Positions 1-9,546 of a DNA stretch of 44,896 nt are shown here, piece by piece. Origin of the DNA: Spirogloea muscicola (lineage: Eukaryota). Position 1 is the stretch's first letter. Every line of letters starts with the position of its first letter. Under the pieces are notes generated by a model that worked only from the letters and a program-made list of their open reading frames with translations, ran no database searches and was not told the DNA's origin. The translations under genes were made by a program, and so were the position numbers. Location: the NCBI GenBank assembly GCA_009602725.1, contig WELB01000024.1, positions 636,342 to 681,237 on the forward strand. The letters are read 5' to 3'.

Positions 1-392
1 CCCCCCCCAACCCCCTCACCATGATAACCTCCCTCCTTGCTGTCATTTCCTCATACAAACACAACCCCGTATACAATGCAAATCTTCTCTTGACCCTGCA
101 ATCCTCCACCCAACCCCCACACCCTCCTTTCCGTTGTAGACTGATGCAGTCGCCTACCCTCAACTTAAGAACATAGCTATTACATCTTGCTTTACCCCTC
201 ATTCTCCCAGCTTCTCTTAGCCTACGGGCCTAAAGGCCTGCCAAACTGGCCTTGTAGTTCTTACACACAGTACATAGAAAAGTGTTTAGTGTGCTTTTTA
301 GGGTTGTGGAGGCCAGGGTTTAGAAATCTGTTGCCCCTTGATGCAAGTGGGGCTCTAATCTAGCACCAGTCACGATCGCATGGGGGGTGCAG

Positions 393-2423
393 TTGTTTAC
401 GTTGCAGCTGAGTGGCGACCAACGGACATCAAGCCGCATGGGCCACCCGCAGCTCGGCATTCGCTATATTGCATACAACCCAAGGTCTCAGTACAGCAAT
501 GTCAAGGTCTCAACCGCCATAACCTTCCACTGCTGCATTCAATCAGGGGCTCAGGCTCAGGTGCTTGCAACAAGCGTAGGGCGCCCAGCAGAGCACTGTG
601 CACACCTGAGTTAGGACCTGAGCCAAGCCTCTGTGTCGTGCTGAGGCTGTCAGGTGCCGCATGTTCCGTGCTACATCCCTGGGCACGACATTGTCGTCCC
701 AGCCATGACCAATCTTGAGATCAGCGAGCCCGAGTGGAACCAGCGAGCTATCGACCTCGTCGGCAGATTTGGAAAGGACTTCGAGGTGAGGATGAAGTGC
801 ATCGCCTGCTGAGTGCAAGTGCTTGGCTACCTCCGCCGTCACATCCTTATTGGGCTTCATGATTTGGAGTATGGGTTGTCAGGCTCTGACATGTTGGAAT
901 GGCTGGCATTCTAGGGCACGGCGACAATGCACCATGGGCACTCGGTGCGGCGGGAGATCTACGACGTATGGCGGGAACGGCAGATAGTTGGGTGGAGCCT
1001 GCGGAAGGCAACGGATGACGGCACGGTGTCAGACATGAAGCACGCAAAGTTTTGCGCCTGCCCACCGTCCCTCTCTCAGGTGGGCGTCACCCATCTTTAG
1101 CACTCTGTAGACAACGTTTATCTATATTATCCTCAGTGATAGGTTGGTGTCTTCAGAGATAGGTTAGTGTGCAAAAGGGGGTGCAGGAATATAAAGTCTC
1201 AATGACGGGCTTAACGGCTAAGAGTAGAGTTGGGAGTCAATCCCATGCATTCAGTATACTACATGCTGGTCTCTGCTCGCTTCTGTCAAGAAAGGGTGGG
1301 GATAAGCACCTGCTGCTTGCCGAGGCTGGATGGACAGGTATAGTTATGCACTGTTGAGTGACTCGGGCTGGCTGAGGAGTGCCTCGTCCTTGGTCTCTGT
1401 CCCAGCCACATTGTTGTTTCGCCACTGTAGACCCGCCCATCTGGCCGTGCATGGCACCACCTATGTCGGGACTCAGTGAAGAGCCTATGTTGGGACTCGT
1501 AGGGCAGGGGTGGCGTATGCTTGCTGGCCTAGGAGCCATGCATGCTTCCTGGCCAGATGGAAGCAGGCAGGGCCGTTTGCATTTAGCATCACTGACCCAG
1601 ACAGGGCCTGCAGTCCGCGGCCTAAGACCGTGAGACAGAGGTGCCTGCGCTGGTACCCACAAGAGTGTATAAGGCTCTAAGGTTGTCGGGTCCAGTACTT
1701 GGAGTTTAACGGCCCATGAGTCTCATTGCCCTGGCTCGCTCGTTGGTGTCGTGTATACACAGGACCTCCAATACCAAACCTTTACAAGCTGTGAATCTCA
1801 AGAAATGGTCTGCAGTAGCCGCTGGCTGCGTCAAGATGCATGCGGCTGTAGAAGACAGTACCACGAATGACCCACACTCTTTTGCTGCCTGCAGTGGACG
1901 AGCCACCTGGCGAAGGCAGTGCTGTCGGGTTGCATCCCTGTGCTCTTCTTTGCAGACCACGACCAGCCGTGGGAGGACGAAATCGATTACCACGCTTTTT
2001 CCATCATGATTCGGCCGTCCGAGGTGGCTACATTGCCCGACCGCATCGACACCGTGCTGAAGGACGAATTCCGCTACAAGGCCATGAAGGTGAGCTGGGC
2101 GGTCTTCTGCCTTGTACTTAACACCATGCAGATAATGCAACGATGCTGCCAATTATCAGACCTTATAGGAAAGACCTTCTGCAGCTTTCACAAGGGTATT
2201 GCAGACCACCTGAGAGCAGAATATGAGCCTTGCCATTTGGCAGGAGGCTCTGCGCAGCGTGCAGCACCGCTTTCTGTACAACCAAGCAGCGGAAAGGGGC
2301 GTCCACGTTCACATTGTTCAAGAGCTACAGAAGCGTGCCAAGCTGCTTCGCAGTGGCAGAGATCACTCTGCTTGGAAGCTCAGGCGGCAGCACAAGAAGC
2401 TCAAGATTCGCCAGCGCCGCTGA
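393..2423 (+). CDS. Exostosin-family (GT47) glycosyltransferase, 3' portion (5' exons lie upstream of the window)
   Basis: Exons about 393-506, 654-785, 915-1079 (5' edge uncertain), 1895-2089 and 2244-2423, all phase 0 with GT-AG. Translation includes PCYIPGHDIVVP, SVRREIY, DMKHAKFCACPPSLSQ|WTSHLAKAVLSGCIPVLFFADHDQPWEDEIDY. These match GT47 motifs (DIVIP; M..S.FCL.P.G..W..RL.EA...GCIPV). Confidence 0.85.
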
Positions 2424-2854
2424 GCAGATTGATTGACGCCCAACGATTGCGGCAGTTGCTTATTCTTTTCAGGGTGAGGTTGTGCTGAACTAGATTTGGC
2501 CAAGATGGCACCCTTATGAGTTTCTTTGGCTAAGGCTAAGAGTGGCCCCCCACTGACATACCTCGGCATGCCCACAAACTGTCTCCGAAAACGACTTTTG
2601 CAGCTGCTGCCGTCCCTTGTGTAGCTAGTATTTGCTAGGAAACCAAGCTGGAAGTAACAAGTCTCCCGAACTGTAGCTTACAAGTCACCCCTGGAGTAAA
2701 CCCGGCATTGGCAAGTGTCATCATTGCTATCTGGTATGCAGGTGAGGCTGGAGTTCTAGGCTTCTGTAATTTCCATGACCAGTCTCCTACTTAGCACATG
2801 ATAATGACTGAATGTACAGGAGTACAAATGTACGCAGTCAAAGTGTCCCCAGGA

Positions 2855-4617
2855 TCAGTCCATACGGCCTTTCAATGTACGTGTGACAACCTCCTCTCCG
2901 GTGCTGTGAAAGAAAGGCCAAATGTCTGGATCAGAGAAGAACAGAGGCATGAACATCCTAAAGCCAAGAAGCATCCAAATCCTGGGCACTTCATGTCAAA
3001 CGGGGACAGCATACAGCACTAAGCCTGAGTTTGAGGACATTACACGACATGGACGATTCCACCCCAACCGCTGAGGCAGTCACGGTCTACAGAGGATAAG
3101 AGGGCCTGGGAGATAGTCTCGAACAACTCTTCCGGTTCCTGAAACAGGGCAAAGGATGAGGTAGGCCAGGATCACAACACTGTCAGCATTTGAGATTGCA
3201 ACCTATGGGCTCACCAAGCATCCAATTCAGCAGCCCCGCCAATCTTCCGTGAATGCATACTCCAATTGCATCTTACGGATATAGGATGACATTGTAGGTT
3301 GAAGTGTTTCGACTTCGCGGCTGACATTGTCAATGAAGACATCCTATCTTGACTATGTATCTACTTGACGGGAATGGGCTTGTCATCAATAATCATCGGT
3401 AATGGACAGCTTGCTTACCATACTCAGACGATACATGGACTCACAAGCACCATATAAAGATTCAGAAGCAGTCCCTGACACACAGAAGTCCTCAGCCAGT
3501 TGCCTGCACAATGGGTCGTGATATGCTCAGATGACATAAAGGCTTTCTACTTCTGCACTGTAAGGTCACCCTTCGACAGCAAGGACATAAGCACAACACA
3601 CCAAAGCAACTCCTACAATCCTTACATGACCTATCAATGGGCAAGCAATGAGTCTGTTCTCTGATTGTCATACTTGGCGCCAATCAAATCAGTCGTGCAA
3701 ATGAAGGGCTCGCCATTCTCCTCCAGACCAACAATGATTGGCTCACAGAAGTAAGGCCCGAACCTGCTTCACTTCAAGAAATTGCGGACATTGCGTGAGA
3801 AAAAGAGAGTAAGGAACCCTCAGCTTGTGTGTCAGAGGTTTTGTAGGTTGGTGAAGTGGTCAACATGCATCTCGTAGAGCATCTTGTAGAGGATAAGTGT
3901 TCCCAGCCTTTCTTCGGAGCTGCAAACAGAAAAGGCCGAGTGGTAATTGCCCCCAGTAGAGAGTGCACGAAAGTGACTAGTCTCTGGCTTCCCAGGTTAG
4001 AGAAACCCTGAGTCAACTCTTACCGCTTCTCATAGAGGACCGAGGACACGAGGTTGGCAAAGGTCTGGGGCCGCATGTTCCTCTCCTCCCGCAGCTGGTA
4101 GAGCTTGTGCCGGAACACTAGGCGTTGATAGCTGTGTCACAGTCAAGGACTTGGAGCCTCAAATGTGCTCCAGGCCAGGATGGTGCTGGTCGTCCACTGT
4201 GACATGAGGAAGGGCTCTTGGCTACAACTACACTGTAAAAGCTGGCACTGCAAGCGAGCTCATGCGGATTCACATCCACACGAGACGAGAGCGGAGCTCA
4301 CAGCGTTTGGACGTCTGTGCCGAGGCCGGACAGGCCGATGTAGAGCCGGTCGTGGATCTTGAAGATGCGCTGGAAGTCGCAGGCTACCGTCTGCTGCTGC
4401 ACGCCGAACCTCCGGTCACTGGCGATGGCGAAGCAGCCCTTACCCACCATGGCCACGATGGCGCCGCCGTTGTACGCCAGGATCTGCATGCGGCACCCTG
4501 CTGCTCATGCTGCTGGTGCACTGAACTGGGCTGGCACTTCACTCCGTGTTGGCTGCAGTCCCTTAGTGCCGAAGCCAGCTCTCTACTGCGGACAAGGAGA
4601 AGAGCGCTCACCGACAT
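2855..4617 (-). CDS. PBC1: 20S proteasome subunit beta type-3
   Basis: Seven exons (4612-4617, 4302-4483, 4024-4131, 3674-3763, 3419-3503, 3044-3138, 2855-2903) total 615 nt, giving 204 aa with consistent phases. Sequence [31 protein letters not shown]...[13 protein letters not shown]...[22 protein letters not shown]...RTLKGRMD* is the canonical beta-3 sequence. Confidence 0.98.
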
Positions 4618-4926
4618 AGCAGCGGCTCTCACGGGCCCGCCCGCCGCGCCCCGCACCGACGGTCGCTGCAGCTAGGAGCACAAGGGCTCCCCGCTTAGGG
4701 GGCTGTTCGGCCAGCCTCGGCTCCCCGCGTTGCCGCAACTGGCCCCGGTACGCGACGAGGGCAAAGGTGGAGGTGGGAAGAGCTGCGCCGTCGAGAGGGA
4801 GGGGCGGCGACGAGAGACGCCGGCTGATGGAGGGTGCAGGCTCGGGAAGCGGTGAGCGAGCTTTGTCCATGGAGGGGTTTGGACAAAGCCACTGGGGGTG
4901 TGTACCTCCTCGGGGCAGAATCGTCG

Positions 4927-4981
4927 GCAGTGGGAACGGGACCCTACCGGCGGAGTTTTTACGCGCAGTGGGAACGGACCC
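4927..4981. repeat. Direct repeat GCAGTGGGAACGG(G)ACCC x2 in the divergent PBC1/ClpF-like promoter
   Basis: A 13-bp identical core occurs at 4927-4939 and 4965-4977, each followed by (G)ACCC. Confidence 0.6.
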
Positions 4982-5134
4982 CGGGGTAAGCTTGTTGGGC
5001 TCACGCGAGTACTGCCAGTTAGCGGCGCCGGCTGCGGGATCTCAAAATCCCCCGCTGCGTCAACAGGATCTCGCGACCCGGGAACTTCGGCGGCCAGCGC
5101 CAAGGCAACAAAACAGCGACGATATAAAGTGGCC

Positions 5135-5331
5135 AATTATCGTCGAGTCGATCAGGAGGGGCCCGGCCCGCCGCGGCCGCCCGATGAGGATCGCATCGGG
5201 CGGCCGGCGCCGTGCGGCGAGCGGGCTGGCCATTGGCCTGCGGCGGGGCTGTGTGGCTGAGGAGGAGGCGGGGCGGGCCGGGGGGCCCGGAAAGGGTAAG
5301 ATTTCCGTCGGCGAATCGACAAAATTATCGT
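5135..5331. mobile_element. Possible MITE-like foldback element flanked by a 9-bp direct repeat
   Basis: AATTATCGT occurs at 5135-5143 and 5323-5331. Near-terminal inverted GTCGAT/ATCGAC (5147-5152/5315-5320). Nested perfect stems at 5162-5172/5272-5282 (11 bp) and 5174-5186/5194-5206 (13 bp). Confidence 0.3.
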
Positions 5332-5492
5332 GTTATCATCGGTGCATCATGGTAGTAGGGTTGCAGAGGTGAGCCAGCAAGCTGGTGCGCGCTTGCACAT
5401 TGGATCACGGATCTGGCTCGCGTGGGGGGGTGAGAACAAGGGTTGCTCGGCCACATCGGTAGACATCTCCTTTGGCTCCGCCGCCTCCACCC

Positions 5493-5494
5493 GC

Positions 5495-5521
<27 letters not shown>
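5493..5521 (+). repeat. (GCC)n microsatellite upstream of the ClpF-like start codon
   Basis: A run of about 9 GCC units is read directly from the sequence. Confidence 0.85.
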
Positions 5522-5525
<4 letters not shown>

Positions 5526-5680
5526 GTGCCAGCGCCGCCACGCCCGGCGCTTGCCGCGGCGGCGGACGCGGCAACGACCGCGGCGGCGACGCCGGCAGGG
5601 GCCGTTTGGCCCTGTTGTCGTGGCGAGCTTTGCCTTGGCACGGCCGGGGCTTGCGATCAAGCTCGCCCTCCATTCGAGAC

Positions 5681-7596
5681 ATGGCGGCCATCACCTCGGC
5701 GCTGCCCCTCCGATGCGCATTCCTGTCCGCAGCACTATCTTCCAGCAGCTCTGTCCTCCACGACGGCGCGGCGCCTGGCCCGCTGATAGTGCACTTGTCA
5801 TCACAGCCCCGGGGAGCCAAGAGCAGGGCGCCCGTGGCGCCTGGGGCAATGCTGGTCAGTCCGTGGCTGGGAGACAGGGTCGCGCAGGATGGCGCATCCT
5901 CCAAGACGAGCGGCCAGGCTGCCACCAAGCGAGTCCGGGCTGCCAGGAGGAAGCGCTGGGTGATGGAGGTGCTGGACCCTTTGAGCAACTATCGCGACTC
6001 CTTCGGCAACGAGTGCCTGCTGGAGAAGAACGCACGGCAGGTGTGACACTGCCGACAGCTTGGTTTGCTAGTCTTGTGAAGCAGTTGATCTACTCTGCTT
6101 TGCAGAGGTGGCAGTGTGGTCACTCACAGGAGCGTGGCATCGCCTCTGCACAAAGCATTTGGCTACAGCAGACCCACCACCCACGTCACATTCGCGATGC
6201 ATGACAAGGCTATGCGCCAGTGGGGTTGCTAGTTGCTCACAATCTGCAATTTCCTCTTGGAGTTACAGATTGCACTGCCCTGTGCATGGGCACCCATCTT
6301 GCTGCTTGCTGCTGGTTTTCTCGGGACAGATGATGAAGTGGATAATAGCTGTAACTCTTTTCACCTTCTTTTGCTGTTCTCGTGCAGGTGCTTGAGACCA
6401 CCGAATCCTACAGGAACCTGCTGCAGGAGGTCAATGATATGCGTGATCGCCTCCGTATTTTTGTCGCCAAGGAGCAATATGCCGAAGCCGCCGAAGTGAG
6501 CCCCGGGACTTACTTTGCACATTGCAGTGGAGCTGATCACTTTTCTGTGTGATGCACAAGCAGCATCATTCAGCTCATCACATATCAAGCCTTGACCAAT
6601 GTCAGTGTCATCAAGCGTTAATGTGCCATCTGGGACTCTTTGCAAGCCTACTGACCAGTGATTTCTTGTTGTAATTACCAGATACGAGATGCTCTGAACG
6701 TCCTCCAGTTTCGCAAGCGCGTCTTGGAGCTATCTGTCAAGCCCCAGGTGACATTCAGGGTGGGAGATGTCATCATCCACCGCAGATATGGTGAGTCAGT
6801 CAACTTATGTGGAATTCAGTGAGTTCAGTCAGTCAGGTTCAGTCAGTTTGTGTCTTCACTCCTGCATTATTCATGCTTCCAGCAAAGCAGTCAATGATAA
6901 GACATCTGCTGCAGCAGGAACGGACTTGACAGGACTTGACACTGTGTAAGCTCTCCTCTGAAGGTAGTCCGGCTTGCTGCTGATGGTCAGGCTGCCTTTG
7001 CCAACTTCTCACTTGTGCTAGTTCAGTACTCAGCCCTAAGAGACTTGACTCTCCTCACCACTCTGCAGGTTACAGGGGAGTAGTCTACGGCCATGATCCA
7101 GAGTGCTCAGCTCCTCAGGAGTGGCAGGAAGCCATGAAGATTGATGCCTTGCCCAAGGGGCCCAATCAGCCCTTCTACCATATTCTTGTTGACACGAGGG
7201 ACAGGCCGGGGGGTATGTCAACCTATGTGGCCCAAGAAAATATTGTCATTCAAAAAACTAATAGGCCTGTGATGCACCCTTGGATCACCCGGGTGAGTTG
7301 CCTCACTTCTTGTGCAGACCCATGTTTGTGTCTGGGTCATCTTGCATGGTGGCTTGTTGCTTTTGAACTTCAGTGGTAGCTTCAACACTGGTCTCAGGAG
7401 AAAGGTTCACTACAGAAGCCAGTCGTGTGTGCTCTTTGGAGCACTGTACTCTGTAGTCCATCATGTGGCCATTGTTGATCAATTTGTTTGCCCTGAATGT
7501 TTACGTGGTCCATATCTGCAGTTCTTTGTTGGTCTGCAAGATGGCACCTACGTCCCGGGGTCAAAGCTGCGCCAAGTATATCCGGATGACTGGTGA
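5681..7596 (+). CDS. ClpF-like plastid protein: transit peptide, UVR (UvrB/C) motif, YccV/HspQ-like domain
   Basis: Exons 5681-6040, 6388-6495, 6682-6790, 7069-7292 and 7522-7596 total 876 nt (291 aa). The N-terminus is Ser/Ala-rich (MAAITSALPLRCAFLSAALSSSSS). UVR motif: LRIFVAKEQYAEAAEIRDAL. YccV domain: FRVGDVIIHRRYGYRGVVYGHDPEC...QPFYHILVD...TYVAQENI. Confidence 0.85.
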
Positions 7597-9546
7597 AATT
7601 GCACATAGATCTATACACTCAACACCGGTGGATATCCTCAAAAGCAGGTGTTTTTGGGTTGCAGACCATTCTTGGTCTTAGCAACCTGGTACGGTTGTCA
7701 TGCGCCCTAAAAGGCCTAGTTGGTTGCGGCAAGGTCGTCAGTTGCACTGTGGTTTGAGGAGATTGCCAGTTGAGTGAGAATCCTCATTCGCCATGTCCTT
7801 AGCATACGCTTAAGTCCAGGAGCTGAGCAAGGTGGCCGATTTGTGCAGCGTCAAAAGCCAAGTAGAGGCTGTACCCCCTTGTTGCAGTCCAGTGCCAGGG
7901 GCCTTAGCTTTCATATCTCTTTGTATATGCACATCACCATGGAGAGGCAATCCTGAGAGGCAGTTGTGCTCATACCCAAAGTGCAATCAGAAGGGGAGGA
8001 GGCATGCAAGTGAGCAGTGGTGATGGCTTGTACTTGTCATAGCGATAGCTTGAACTACTTGTCATAAACCTCAGTACCATCTGGTTTCCCAGTCAAATTT
8101 CAGTTGATTTGACTGGTGTGCTACCTTGTGGTGCTCAACTGCTACTGCCTGAGTTCTTCTTTGAGGTTGTTGCGGGTCCCAGCTAAATGTCGATATCTGC
8201 AGGATATCTAGCAGACCAATACCATGCAATATGCCGTGTGGTGGTTCCATGAACGTCGGTCCTTTTGCTCTGTACCAAACTCGGCTGAATACAACTTCAA
8301 GGCGAGGGACTTTTGTCAGGAAGGTGAAGAGGGTGAATTGTATTCTCCAATTGTCCACATTGCTGCCTCTTGAAAAACTAGAGTTGCTTTTGCTGGTTCG
8401 ACTTCAGATTCAAGTTCTTTGCTACTAGGCGCGTAGTTTATAAGATGCGGGTACCTCTAGTGGTATCAGATGGACTCTCCTTGATCAGCAGACTCGGCCC
8501 GCCACTGCAACCTGAGGCATAGTGAGCCATTTAGCAGGCGAAGCTGCTTCCCATTTCCCACTTGCGGGCACAGCCACAAGTTGAAAGAGGGTAGGCGAGG
8601 AGGGGGTGCCGAGGGCAGGGCGCGTGCACTGAGGAGAGTGCAGGGACGTCGAGCAGCGCAGGCTATTTGACCGAGCTGCCGGAGGCCACAGGCAGGCAGC
8701 AGCGGTCGCGGGAAGGTGGCCGTGTCGGCGGCCATGGCTGCTGTGCCTTGCGTGCGGCCCTAGGGAACTCACGGTAAGGAAACGACACATCAAGAAGCGG
8801 CAGCTGGTGAGCGGACTGTCCGGTTTGAAACGGGCTGTACGCGGGAGAGTTTAAAGCGGGGCACCTATTGCGGTGGCGGAAGCTTGACGACGCCAGACGG
8901 GGGCGAAGGCGGCTTCTCCCATGAGCGTCGCGACGGGCGGGGCCGCTTGTGCCCCGCCGGTAGTCGGACCCACCACCCCGTTGGGCCGAAACGGCCGGCG
9001 AGGCTGTCCGAGACGGCACCTCCGCCGGGCAGCACACGGAACGGCTCTCCCGCCGTCGGGTGATGGCTGCACACCACATGGGCTTTACCGTCAGAACCAG
9101 AAGGGCTGACTGACCGTCGTTGTCCCCACCCCCGGCCCCCCCGCCGCCAATCGCGGCGCCCGGCACGCCCTCGCCGCGGCCCTGGCAGCGCCTCCTCGCG
9201 CCGCCATTGCCGCCGCGCCGCCTTCCTCCGTCTCCGCCACCGCCGCCCCAAAGTCCNATGGAGGCATGATTCGGCCGCCGCTCTGCGGAGACGGCGGCGG
9301 CGGCCACTCAGTCCCCCGCCACGGCTGCGCCAGCGGCGGCGAGCCGAGACTGCGCCTGCCACGCGTGGTACTCGGGGCGGGGAACGCCGTGGCCCCTGAC
9401 GCGGCTCGCTGGCTGCCGGCCCGGCGCCGTTGCCCCCTGGGAAAGGCTGGCTGTGGCCGCCCCTCGCTGCCGTGCAAGCAGCCGGAGCAGCGGCCACCGT
9501 GCGGCCGCCGTCATAGCCGCTGCCAGCTGCAAAAATCCGCGTCTTG

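Noticed and set aside
297..323. Telomere-like TTTAGGG / AGGGTTTAG words
   Set aside because: They are isolated single units inside an intron, not an array.
5320..5365. Sm-site-like AATTTTG and AACCCTA on the minus strand (snRNA or telomerase RNA candidate)
   Set aside because: No recognisable U-snRNA signature sequence, full template, USE/TATA arrangement or poly-T terminator.
5347..5988. 213-aa minus-strand ORF overlapping the ClpF-like first exon
   Set aside because: A GC-rich, stop-poor region with a GCC repeat explains it, and no domain is recognisable.
8280..8360. FTLFTFLTK...FSRV (-), reminiscent of a P4-ATPase N-terminal motif
   Set aside because: The match is too short, the TTKY is missing, and no further ATPase exons follow.
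8461..8470. TGGTATCAGA, resembling the tRNA-iMet primer-binding site of LTR retrotransposons
   Set aside because: The match is only 10 nt, there is no LTR-terminal CA just upstream, and no gag/pol follows.
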